NCBI GenBank assembly: GCA_000002435.2
Contig: CM018793.1
Length of the DNA: 64,000 bases
Reading direction: 5' to 3' (one strand)
Source: Giardia intestinalis
Lineage: Eukaryota
Shown here: positions 20,818 to 32,281 of the stretch, piece after piece
How the letters are laid out: every line of letters begins with the position of its first letter
Position numbering within the stretch: position 1 is the stretch's first letter
Position numbers and translations under genes: made by a program
Notes under the pieces: generated by a model
What the model was told of the DNA's origin: nothing
Seen by the model: only the letters and a program-made list of their open reading frames with translations
Database searches by the model: none

Positions 20818-22728
20818 CTACGCCTTGCCCCTGCAGATGAACCACCAGCAGAGGAAGCCGACGAGGCCGCCGACAACAACGATGACAGCGACGGAGATCC
20901 CCGCTATGGCGCCTGTGCTAAGGCCGCTCTTGTTCGTGTTCCCGCCGTTGTTATCGTTACCACCATCGTTAGTGACATCTGTCTTGACGTAGCAGGTGAC
21001 AGGACCGCCATTGCCACCAGTTGGAGGGGCACAGCTTACGCAATTTGGGACACCAACAATATGGCTACCATCATTGGGATCATTGGTGTCGCACTTCACA
21101 CATTTTGCTCCGGCAAGATAGTATCCCGGAAGGCACGTTTTGCATGCCTCCTTGTTTGCTACCTCACATGTTTTACAACCAGATGCACATGCTGGACAAG
21201 ATCCAGTGCTAGCTTCTGGTTGTTGTCCATTAGCACAATTCGTACATTTTCCATTCTGAGCATTGCTACATAGGTTGCTGCCTGGGTATGCAGCCGACTG
21301 ATAGCATCCGCCAGATTGCAAGAAGTATGTGGTTGTACACGCTTTGCATGTTCCATCATTGTTATCATTTGGCATGCATCCAGTTACTGCCCTTGTCGTT
21401 GTCGACACACAGACGCCGTCCACCGGGGCGAACCCTGCCTTGCACCTGCTGCAGTACTTCGAGCCCCCAACGACGGCCGTGCACTGGCCAGCCTCGCAGT
21501 TCTCTGCGTACCTTCCCGTGCACTCTGGGATGCATGTGCCGGTGGCTCCAGTATTGCTTTTGCTCAATACAAGCCCAGGATAACAAGCTGTACAGGAGGC
21601 TTCACTATCACCATCACATTCTGCACAAGAATTATGGCAATTAGTACATATCCCGCTGACATCACGAGTTCCTGCAGGACAGCCCTCCATACACATGTTC
21701 TTTAAGGGGCTTAGGCTTTTACCTCCAGTACACTCTTCACACATATTCTCTTCATTACACTTTATACAATCCTGTATATCACATAGTACACACTTCGTTC
21801 CGTCGGCGTTGGGTTGATTAGTACCTGCTATACAAGCAGAGCACGTGATGAGAATTGTACCTTCAGGATTATCCTTCAAAGCACACGTTTTGCAGTCTGC
21901 TATCCCTTCTGAGCATTTCTTACACATTTTTCCATTAGTAGGATCGTCAGCATCATCAGTGAAGTGGGAGTTATCATTACATCCACTTTTATCAACACAT
22001 GTATTAGAGTCCTCGGTTTCGCCCTTTTTTAGATATGGCTTGTTAGCGGTTGCCTTGCACTTCGTGCATTTTCCTGCTCCTGCATCGCATTTAGCACAGT
22101 TATTGTCCTGGCATGCTGTGCATGCTGCCCCATTGCTGTCAACAAAGAACCCCTCAAGACATGACTCACATACGGCAACCTTGTCTTGGCGAGCAGCACC
22201 AGCACTGGCTGGCGGCTGACACGTAGCACAGTTCAGAATTCCTTTATACGTATTTCCACCATCCACAACTCCAGTTGCATCATTGCATGCAATACAAGAG
22301 TCCTTATTGTTAGCTGCACTTGGGTTTTTAAAATAGCCAACTACGCAACCCTCACAAACGCCAGGAGTTTTTGATGACACACGACCAGCAGCTGCGGCAT
22401 CGGCGCAAATAAGGCGTCCAACGTCCCCGCCAATTGCATAGCATCCGTTCTTATGGAGGAAGTAAGCCCCGTCGCATTGCCCACATGTCTTTTCTGTTGT
22501 TATTTCAGCTCCAGCATCAGTCTTACATCCAGCAGTTGTGACAGTAGCATCCCCCTTTGGTGTGCATACTCCGTTGATAGGAACGTCTCCTTCAGCTTTG
22601 CATTCTGTACAGATCTCAGTATCACTTGTACTTATTTTTACACACTGCGTACATTTAGCAATTTGGGCATCCGATTGACAAGCTGCCGTAAGAGCGCTCA
22701 GCACGAAGTAGAAAGCTACCAATAACAT
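20818..22728 (-). CDS. Variant-specific surface protein (VSP), 636 aa
   Basis: Signal peptide MLLVAFYFVLSALTAAC, many CxxC motifs, and the invariant C-terminus …GLVGFLCWWFICRGKA*, which is the VSP TM segment plus CRGKA tail. Confidence 0.9.
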   Translation of the reverse strand: MLLVAFYFVLSALTAACQSDAQIAKCTQCVKISTSDTEICTECKAEGDVPINGVCTPKGDATVTTAGCKTDAGAEITTEKTCGQCDGAYFLHKNGCYAIGGDVGRLICADAAAAGRVSSKTPGVCEGCVVGYFKNPSAANNKDSCIACNDATGVVDGGNTYKGILNCATCQPPASAGAARQDKVAVCESCLEGFFVDSNGAACTACQDNNCAKCDAGAGKCTKCKATANKPYLKKGETEDSNTCVDKSGCNDNSHFTDDADDPTNGKMCKKCSEGIADCKTCALKDNPEGTILITCSACIAGTNQPNADGTKCVLCDIQDCIKCNEENMCEECTGGKSLSPLKNMCMEGCPAGTRDVSGICTNCHNSCAECDGDSEASCTACYPGLVLSKSNTGATGTCIPECTGRYAENCEAGQCTAVVGGSKYCSRCKAGFAPVDGVCVSTTTRAVTGCMPNDNNDGTCKACTTTYFLQSGGCYQSAAYPGSNLCSNAQNGKCTNCANGQQPEASTGSCPACASGCKTCEVANKEACKTCLPGYYLAGAKCVKCDTNDPNDGSHIVGVPNCVSCAPPTGGNGGPVTCYVKTDVTNDGGNDNNGGNTNKSGLSTGAIAGISVAVIVVVGGLVGFLCWWFICRGKA

Positions 22729-25700
22729 TGAAGCCCTTCTTAGCTTATTATATGGACAAGAATAAGATATCCAAAGCTAAAGCACTCTACCTGATCATAC
22801 TATATCAGATAATCTCAAGAGTCCATCTCCTATGATACCTTTGTTTGAGAGATGCAAATTAGTGGGTAGTAAATGTGTCTATTGTATAAGCCATCCCTAG
22901 GGACCCTTTGGGCCTGGGCAAGCGGCCTCCAAGGAAATTCATCCTCGTGCAGCACGCAGGGAGGCAGAAACTCAAAAATAATCTGCTGGACCGCCTCACA
23001 CACCTGCTTCTCCCCTGCCCTTCAGACAATGAAAGGACGCCCTGAGTGTCCCCGCTGTGCCACAGATTTGCTGCTGGCTCCTCTCCTAACGCCCTTGTGT
23101 CCCCGAGGTGTTGGCCCCTGCGCCTTCCCTGCGCGGATCGGGTCCCTGCGAACCCCCATTCACCGGCACTCTCTTCTCAGTCCTTGCAGCATTCTCCTTC
23201 ATCAGATTATGTTTGCGGCTTCTGACTGTTGTAGGAGAGCTGGACTCAAAGACGAGCTCCCGTGAGATTCTAGCAGAAGGTTACGGTGGTCGCTAAGGTC
23301 CATGGAAGATGTGAATCGGTGTAGATTAGCCCGTGAGACGCTTTGGTTTGTTGAGCGTGGACGGCGCTATTCTTCGCTTTTTGTAATGGATATTTTAAGA
23401 TACCTCACCGCACGACAAAGACTCAATTGGAGCTCAGGAAACGCAGGCCAACACTTCTACATTTGGACAAGGAGGAAGCACTGCCCAAACCGCGTTGTCT
23501 CCTAAGCTAAGAAACCAGGACTCCCATTACCCCTTTTGGATCATCCTGGTGCTGTCCATTGTAGCAGTAGTAGAACCACGATTGCTTGCAGTGCCTGAAT
23601 CTGTTGGTATGAACGACAAAGAGTTTCTTGTGGTGGGCTACTTCGGCAGAAAAAACTTAGGCCTGTCGTGTCGCTCCGCCAGCTATTAATCAGACCCGTA
23701 ATCAGCGTCCCTGTGGTCTCAGGTAAGGTACTAGGGTAGTCGGATCTCTATCTGCTGTCAGGAAGTCGAGCAGCGTCTGATTGTCACCGTTAGTCCAACT
23801 TATGGTTGGCCCTAGGTAAACAGATCGATTGATACAAGCATCTTATCTCTGGACTCACGAACCATACCATACGAGGAATTGCACCACTACAGCCCAACAT
23901 ACTTCTCTGATGCGTAATGCGAAAAGCAGACCTCATTGCATAGCTGTAGGAGTCTGATAATACCCGACTGGGGCATTATATTTTATGTGGTCTCCAGGGT
24001 AGTTTCACTAAAGGCCGGAGCACCGCTATACATAGACTGGTATGAAAGGTGGGATCCAGCAGCATACACCTTGAGTTGGGAGTTCCATAAGCATGCGTCT
24101 CTGATACAACTCGCCAAGAATCTTGTAGGAAGCTGGCCTAGGTCAGTGACTGGAAGATCTTCAATGGGCAGACGACTATTTTGGTCTACCAGTCGCTTAT
24201 CCCCCTTGTCGTGAAGGATATCTGCTAATGTCTAGTGCTGCGGACTGGGTAGCCCTTGTTCATCTGTAAGACTCGACTGGTGTACGTTGTAGACGACTGA
24301 CGAGACTGATATCATCCTCCATCAGGTGGCTCTGGGTGAGTAGGCGAATTCTGTAGTTGATCAGTTATTTTAAGAAAGGCTGCACTTATGAAGCCATAAC
24401 TACAACTTGCATTCGACAGACAAAGGTGCCCTTGGGCTGTGGTACTCCATACAGGTTCCTCGGGATGTGTGGTACCTCAGCGTAGTCTCCAAGAGGGTAG
24501 CCCTGCCTAGTTGAGCCTCGCAGACCCAAGCACAGTACAGTACCTTTTCAAGTTTATAGAGTCAAGCGCATCTCAGACAACGAGGACAGAAGGAGACCCA
24601 GAGGCGCTAGCTGGGCTGCTCCGATCCCTGCTGTCCGGGGAATCAGCAGGGCCGCAGGATGACAGGGCCCCATTTCGTGCCCCAGGAGGCCGTGCCTTGG
24701 TGGAGGTACGCGCCACGGTCACTGTTAGCTACCCGCTAACGAGGTACTGCTGTGCTTGAAGACCTCCCGGAATGACCTTTCTCGGTTTGCTGGCCATGAG
24801 CTGGGTCATCGCGCCAGCTGATTGGATGAGAAACAATAATAGTATTATCCAGACAATGAGCCGAGAAGGCTGATGCTGACTACGTATCTCTCACACTGAG
24901 CATACCCATTATGCAGCGTAAGGGATTTGACGTCCTAGGTGACTAGGTGAATCTAAAGTGCTCGTCAGTAACGATATGCATGCAGGCTCCAGACAGGGCT
25001 CTGAGAAAATGTTAAAGAGCACAAGACCTGCTGGACTATATAGGGCACACAATGAATGCCTACGCGGTAAACAGATTGACCCTTTTCCTTGGTAGACAGA
25101 ACTCTGGTCTGCAGTAGTCACCTACATGATGCGTGCCTTTGCAGGACCGATGAAGGCACCCGCTGATCTGGAAAGGTCATCAGCAGTGGCCACACAAGAT
25201 AGACAAGCAGAGGACGGGAGCGGACTCATCCTCATGGGGATGAGCAATCTAAACTACACAACGCGTGCGCCAATCTTTGGCCGAAACAGAGATGCACTGT
25301 AGGACATCACGCAATCCAAGAGACACTTTGGCGATTCATCTGTTGTGGGAGGACGCAAGTGAGACATTTGTGGACAGCAACCACGCCGACTGGTACCGGC
25401 CTGTACAGTATGCCTCTACAATAGATCTTCGCCTGTATACGAAGGGAAGGTGAATACCCTCGGCTCCAAACGAAGCAACTCTTGATAGATATTACGCTGC
25501 CGTAAATGCATAAAATCAAAAACTAGCATCTAGTTCGTCTGCAGACCCTACGACTTCTCTAGGTTTAGAAGTCAGAGAGACACTATAGGTGTCCCTGCTG
25601 TAATCTGGACCGGTAGCTAGTCTCTCTAGCACCGGTCTTACCCCACTGATCTGTTGATTACCCTTACATTCTCCATGCGAACCGGCTCTCCAGGAGCCGC

Positions 25701-28700
25701 CATGCACGGATAGTCTTCCAAGCACCTAGCAGACATTCTTCCTCCTTGAAGCGTGTCACCGAGGACTAGGCATCATGAGGTGAGCGCAGCCAGAGGCAAA
25801 TCTCCTTGTATTCTTGCTTACTACTAATAGCAAGTATGCAAGCGAGTACACAGGCTCTTGACGAGTGCATTGTGATTTAGGCCAGTCATCACACTAGGGT
25901 TATGACACTTGATGCACAGATTTCTATTTTTAGCTTTGTATGCATATCTATGTTTCACCTTGAAAGACGGTGAAGTGCTCTGCGGGGCCTTTTTGGATAT
26001 ACAGCTGTCACTATAGCTGATGGGGGAGTAGGTGCGAAGACCTTATTCTTAAACAAAAGCATCTCTAGTATAACCGAGCGCTGTCTTCCATCAAAGTAGA
26101 CACCTTAGATGGAATGACATCTACTCTATTTACCATGGCATTGTGCGGGCCTGTATACGCTACTAGAGAAGGATCCTGCAATATCTGCTTAATTTGTCAG
26201 GCGTATACGTCTCTTGTTGTAGCGAACGCAGTGGTAGAGACAATCATCGCCGGAAGGTAATAGGACGTGCTAGCTCAGTGTAACTTTGTACAGGTAGAAG
26301 CTACAGTACGCAACCAAGAGCATAACGCGCCAGCTGTTCATGCTACTCTCCTCCCTTGTATTGCTGTGCTTACGAGTACCTGTACTGCACTGTGTGTCAG
26401 ACTGTGGCACAGAGTATCCCCAGGCTACTCATTCAGTGGATTAAAGCTAGAACGACTGATCCTATGGACAGATGGGCATCCCAAGAAGACGGCAGCCGTT
26501 ATTGTTGTTCCGGATTTTTTAGTACTCAAGCACCAACCCTATGGGGGCACCCTACTTTCCAAGTCTCTGCGCCCATATCGAGGCGTGTTGTCTGGATGGC
26601 CTAGTCATGGCCACAAGGATGATGCAAAATGGTGGTCGTTCGCAGGCCCGGCCCCAATTCGCCCCTAGCCCTAAGTCACACTCAACTGGTGCAAGATGCT
26701 CTTCTTCACCGTAGGTATGCCTTTCGCTAGATCGACAAGCTGCTTGTAACAGGCCTGCCTTGCTGACCAGCTCTGCTGGCACTTGGTTCCCCTCTGATCA
26801 CTTAAGGGCGTAGCCCCAGGCTGGGTCCACGAGACAGCGCATGCTGATGGCAGAAGACAACACAGCTCTTCTCAAATATCTCGACCTGTCAACTAGTGCG
26901 GTCCCAAAGCGCACTGTGGGTCTTGGTAGACACGCAAGTACGAATCCGGACACTTTGAGATGCTAAGATTACTCAGCAAGGACAACACAATTCACCCTGC
27001 TTCATCTGAGAGGTCAAAGCCCCAGCTATTCGGAAGCCCAGCATCAATATTCATCTGGCTTATATACTCGGGTGCGCCTTGTTGGAAACCACATTGAAGA
27101 CTCCAATTCAGCGGTTACCTGGACTCACCATCCATTACAGTCGTGCCACCATCAGGGTTAAGTTTCCTACCTCACCTGTGGTCTGTTACAAAGGCATAAT
27201 TCGCGACCGGATGCAAAGGGCTTGATCTTTTCGGTACACTATGGCTACCGGTGTACTTTACTGGCTCACTGACTCTGCCAGCATCTTCAGAGACAGAGAC
27301 GCGCCACCATCACAGATCACACAGCCCTCTGCACATCCTGGAAGGGCTCTTGTGTTGTGCAACGTCAGATCCTGCCTGTCTGATACAGAACACATGGTAC
27401 TGGACGGCTAGAGAGGGAACGATGGGCGCTTGCATCCCACACCGAACCAGTCTGACTGCACTTGGACCGTAGCTCTTTGATCTCGCTGCCATAGACAGCG
27501 AAGGACACATCCTTCTGGAGATGGGATCTCTCGAGGGTTGGCTCATGGTTCAGTCTGAGCCCAGAACTCTAGGTATGGAGTGCACCACGCAATGATGAGG
27601 ACAGTAGTAGCAGGGACACTGTTTGGACCAGGTGGCCTTCTCACATTCCTCATTGCACGTGCCTGCATCCGATGCGGTCCACTCCTTCGATATGTAACAG
27701 TTGTGGCCCGGATGGCTAGAGTCTGGACCCACAAGCTATTGCGCCTGTTGTAGCGGCAAAGAAGACGAGTCACTTGCTTGTAGGCTTTGTCTACCTTCAG
27801 CCCTATCCAGATCTGCCGTTGTGCTAACACTACTGGTACCACGCGGCCTGTGTGATGGTCATGTCCCCTTCCTGCCATTCCTGATACCAAGTCCGATAGG
27901 AGCATCCAACAGAATATCCCTGGCGTTGTGCAGTCTTCATATGATGATCGCGTTAGACTCACTGCGCACCCACCGTTGCAGTGGTTGAACTGCTGGGCTC
28001 GGGAACTGCTGGATACTTTAATACTGATAGACGATGCCAGAACAAGCAAAGATAAAAGGCCTCAAAACCCCCTGCCCGTGAATGGACTCGTTATGTGCAA
28101 CGTGCCTACCCCTATCGTGTCATGTAAGACAGTAGGATTTTGCTGGTACAGTGCATTGATACAGTGATGATGCAGAGAAGGCAGCTCTGACTTACATAGC
28201 GATAGAAAGCCTGGTGATATAGATAGCGACATTATGTGATGGCGGACCCTAGCCGATAGGCCATGGGGATACAGAGCCCTTGCAACAAAGCTGTTCTTCA
28301 CATGAAATAGTAGAGTAGCATGATGCACCACAGGAGAGAGTCCCGCTTCCTCGTTCTGTCTGTTACATTATGGCCCAAGCATCGAACTTGCTGATAGCTC
28401 CTTATTCATTCCCCTATGAAGCCCTGGACACCCATTTAATCATACTACCTAGCCCTGCATAAAGATAAAACCCCACACTTAGCACTAATGATTGAATACC
28501 TCATTCTGCCATAACGTTTCCGGTGCACTGATTCCAATCTCGAGTAGCTAAGTGGATGGATGCATCCTTGTCAGGGGTAGTGTAGGCATGAAAGACTAGA
28601 CCCCAACGACAGGTTTGCACTTTAGCTTCTCTTGTTTACTCCTTGGTGGCGTCTTATATCTCCACTCAGGCGTGTGTTCTGAGATCGCTATAAGGCATAC

Positions 28701-29760
28701 AATGGGATCTTGCAGGACTAAAAGCACCGATGCCATCTACCTCCAGAATCTGGTAATATGGGTGTCCATGTCGCAGTTCTGGCAAACAACACTTTGTTCC
28801 TATACCATCCGCTCTGACCATGTGCTTCCCTTCTCCGAGCCATTCTCGACGACAATATTCATATTGACACGGAGAGCTGTTCTGTCATGCAAAGTGACTT
28901 GCTTCGAGCCGGTTGTATGGCAGTCCAGTTGTTCCTCATCCCCTCACAGTTTTCTCTGCAGCGGTCCCCTAATGATAGCGCTGTACGGCTCGAATCTCTG
29001 ACAAGATGCCTTACTAATACGCCGCTCTTCTGTATGCGTTCGGCGCCCAGCTGGCCCACGCTGTCTCCGTGGCTTAGTTGGATGCCTCCATGCACAGGGA
29101 TTCGTCAGGCAGAAGTGGATGCGCCGTATAATGGATCGTGTTGGTGCATATAATCGGAAGTGCACGCCTCTTGTTCGTATGCTGCTGAGGGCGCTGGCTG
29201 CAATGCGTGTCGAGAACAGAGTGCTTTGGATCGGATTACCCTGTGCCTTTTGTGCTCTAGGGGCTAGGATCTTATTCCCCCAATACTAGTGCCGGACTCC
29301 AGTTGGATTATAGGAAAGGGGCTCTGTCCAGCTCTGGCCCTCTTAGTACGGAGGTGCTAAGGATGCCTCTAGGATCCTCTCTGCTGCGGTTCTGTGTGCG
29401 CATACACCGGTCTGCAGTGGTAAAACGGCCTCTATCCTAGTTTTGGCCTCTCGCTATGTCGAGTACAGAGAACTTGGGACGCCCCTGAGTTTCGCTCCTG
29501 CAACAGAATGAGACAAGGGCACGGGGCTCTAGGCTTTGCCAGATACTTGTCTGGATGAAGAAGCGAGCGCTGATGTCAGAGGCTTTTGGTTGGCTGGTGT
29601 GTTTGTGGCATGCTCGGCGTAAACTGGTGTCGGCCTGTTCTTCTCGGAGCCTCGGTAAAGTCGGTCGGCTATGAAGGGAAGGAGCTTATGACAGTCTGTC
29701 CAGTGTAACCGACAACATCTTTGCTTAGGATAGATTTACCATCTAGTTCATCAGAGTGTG
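22729..29760. other. ORF-poor non-coding tract of about 7 kb between the VSP 5' end and the cathepsin-B 3' end
   Basis: The largest ORFs on either strand are 133-168 aa and scattered across all frames. Composition is near-average, and no tRNA-like or rRNA-like motifs were recognised. Confidence 0.5.
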
Positions 29761-32175
29761 TCAATGAGTGTCATCCAATACCGTGAAAGTCGGCGTTACC
29801 GTGCACTCCATTTTCTGAGAGCATAGTTTTAGGTAGTATTGTTTGTCTCGGAGCTCCTGCATCCTCTCAGCACAGCTATCTAGATAGATCGTGTTGAGTC
29901 CTGCCACTCCCTCGACTCCGTCAAGTGCACAAACCTCCTTTCCCGCCTGCATTAGCGTGACCGAGAACCTTCTGCGAGGCAAGGGAAACACAAACCCGTG
30001 TCTATGGATAGTGAAGCTCAGAGGATCCCGCATAGTAATGGCGTCTGGAACGTCTCTGACCAGGTATCTGCTCGCCTTGACTTCAAAGTCATCCGAAGTG
30101 TTCGTGAACATGGGACTGTTGGAGCGCATGCGGACGAAGTAGTTAGGGCCAGAGGGGACAGAGGCCGGAAGAGTGTCGGCATAGAGCCCCGTGTTAGGGG
30201 CAGAGCGGGTGAACGTGTGGCGCAGGTAGCTTTTCGATCCGACCTTTTCGTACAAAAGGATCGTCATCTCAGTACCGGCTGTTAGGTTACTGGTCCATCG
30301 GATTGTAACTGCACCGCCGGGGACCCAGACACTCTGCGTAGACGGCTCCGTAATAAGCAGGGGCACGTCGCCAATAGGCTCAGGTTCGGGCTCAGGTTCG
30401 GGATCTGGGTTGGGCTGTGGTTCCGGGTCGGGCACGGGATCCTTCTTATCAGACGGGGCCGGGAGATTATCTGCAGGGTAGCTGTACGACGTGACATGCA
30501 GCGGTCCCACATCGGCGTACGCGAAGGGGGACGTCTCTGAGCGCAATCGGAGGTACGCAGCTGAGCAGTTGCCATAGGAAGACGGCAGGCGGACCTCGAT
30601 GCTTCCCGAGGGAGGCAGGCCAGCAGCGATGACATCCAGCAGTCGCTCTCCGCAATACGCCTGGAGAAGCAGCTTTGCGCCCGTCCCCGTTGAGGTATAC
30701 GAAATCTGCAGGCCCTCGGCCAACGCAGTCACCTGTGCGCCGGCGACCGGCTTAGATATCGTGATGACTGCTTCATCATTGTGCTTCTTCTCTATTGTGA
30801 GCACTGTGCTTGCGGATAGGACGGGAACGGTGTCGGACGTGGTTAGGGTCAGCGCATGCTTGCCAGCGCTCATGCTCGACGGGGCCATGCAGGATTGCGC
30901 CCCCTTACTGAGCTCCACCAGCACAGACGCGCCGTCCATCAACTTGCAGGGCACCTGGAGCGGTGCAGCGAACCGGAGTGCGACGCTCTCTCCCTCTTGT
31001 CCCTGATAGCTAGCCTTGTCGAATGCCAGCGTGAAGTAGGACGCCAACGAGAAGCGCGCAGACGTTGCGTCTCCAGTGCTGGTTGTCAGGTAGTATTGCC
31101 CTGCAGACGTGTCTCGAGGTATGGTGACGCGGGCGGTGCCACTAGAGGTCGTCAGCTTAACGAGCGACGTCACCGCTCCTGCTCCTGACTTCAGCTGGAG
31201 CTCTGCAGGGGTCGCTACCTTCTCGTACGGTATTGCAACCTCGTATCCGGCAATGTACGTTTTGGCCGTCTCTACAGTGATTGTGCCGTTTCGGGGCTCT
31301 GGCTTAGGAGTCGTGTCTATAGGCAGCGCTGAACCGGGCCACGTCTCGATCTTGAGCTCGTTGGACCCGCGCTTGATCTTGAAGTAGCCTTGGTCGCCCC
31401 AATTGGTGCCGTACGTGTTCGCACAGTCCCAGTAGGGCACGCCGTTCTCCTCGCCCCACCCGACTATCATCACGGCGTGGCCTCCCCCCAGCTTCGTATT
31501 GGGGCCGGAGCTGTAGATGCCCTTCTTGTCCTTGGAGGGGAAGTCGTTGGCCAGGTACATGGAGACCGCAATGGGCCCGTTCTGGTATATGTCGCGCATC
31601 ATCGCGTCCACGCCGCTGAGCCTGTAGGGCGCCTTGTTCTTAATGGTGCGGTCCTTGGGGCGCTTATCCTTGCAGACGGTCTTGCACGTCTCCGTGGGGT
31701 AGGGATACGTCCGGTTCCAGTAGTCCTCGCAGGTGTCGTACACCATGCCCGTCGTCTCTCCGAACTTCAGCGACGCAAGGGGATTGCCGCCGCGGCACCC
31801 GTTGTTCTGGATGTTCAGATACTTGGTGTGGTCGCACGTGACGAGGTCCTCGAGGCTCACAAGCCTGCTGTCGTTGAGCTGGAGGCACCGCCGGGCAGTG
31901 ACCATCTCCACCGCCGCCGCCGCGTAGCAGCAGCCGCACGAGCCCTGGTCTATGATCTGGATGCACCGGTGGCCCCGGTAGGTGAAGTTGGTAGGGAGCG
32001 CTGCGCGGGTCAGATCTGCGTTGTCGGGTCCATCGGGAAGCTCGTTGTACTCGTCCTCGGAAGGGAAGATCGTGCCGCCCTCGGGGTCCATCTGGTCGTC
32101 ACCCTCCCGCAAGGGGGAAGGCTCTCTGCCAAGTGTGCCATATAGCAATAGTAAGAATGGTAGAAGTACCGTCAT
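29761..32175 (-). CDS. Cathepsin B-like papain-family cysteine protease with a roughly 500-aa Ser/Thr/Ala-rich C-terminal extension
   Basis: Signal peptide MTVLLPFLLLLYGTLG; catalytic Cys block QGSCGCCYAAA; His block GGHAVMIVGWGEENGVPYW; Asn/Trp block NTYGTNWGDQGYFKIKRG; then a (PE)n/PNPDPEPEPEPEP linker (nt about 30350-30440) and a long low-complexity tail. The gene is very GC-rich. Confidence 0.85.
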   Translation of the reverse strand: MTVLLPFLLLLYGTLGREPSPLREGDDQMDPEGGTIFPSEDEYNELPDGPDNADLTRAALPTNFTYRGHRCIQIIDQGSCGCCYAAAAVEMVTARRCLQLNDSRLVSLEDLVTCDHTKYLNIQNNGCRGGNPLASLKFGETTGMVYDTCEDYWNRTYPYPTETCKTVCKDKRPKDRTIKNKAPYRLSGVDAMMRDIYQNGPIAVSMYLANDFPSKDKKGIYSSGPNTKLGGGHAVMIVGWGEENGVPYWDCANTYGTNWGDQGYFKIKRGSNELKIETWPGSALPIDTTPKPEPRNGTITVETAKTYIAGYEVAIPYEKVATPAELQLKSGAGAVTSLVKLTTSSGTARVTIPRDTSAGQYYLTTSTGDATSARFSLASYFTLAFDKASYQGQEGESVALRFAAPLQVPCKLMDGASVLVELSKGAQSCMAPSSMSAGKHALTLTTSDTVPVLSASTVLTIEKKHNDEAVITISKPVAGAQVTALAEGLQISYTSTGTGAKLLLQAYCGERLLDVIAAGLPPSGSIEVRLPSSYGNCSAAYLRLRSETSPFAYADVGPLHVTSYSYPADNLPAPSDKKDPVPDPEPQPNPDPEPEPEPEPIGDVPLLITEPSTQSVWVPGGAVTIRWTSNLTAGTEMTILLYEKVGSKSYLRHTFTRSAPNTGLYADTLPASVPSGPNYFVRMRSNSPMFTNTSDDFEVKASRYLVRDVPDAITMRDPLSFTIHRHGFVFPLPRRRFSVTLMQAGKEVCALDGVEGVAGLNTIYLDSCAERMQELRDKQYYLKLCSQKMECTVTPTFTVLDDTH

Positions 32176-32281
32176 TTTATTTCCGTGGCCGTTCCCGGAG
32201 CAGTGGCGCAGGGAGACCTGCAGGGAATCCCGCAGGGAAAGCCGTGGAATAAAAAATTGAGGAGGCTATTTACATTGCATT

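Noticed and set aside
31390-32145. 251-aa plus-strand ORF and others inside the cathepsin B gene
   Set aside because: Antisense artefact of a very GC-rich coding region; Ala/Arg/Gly/Val composition and no motifs.
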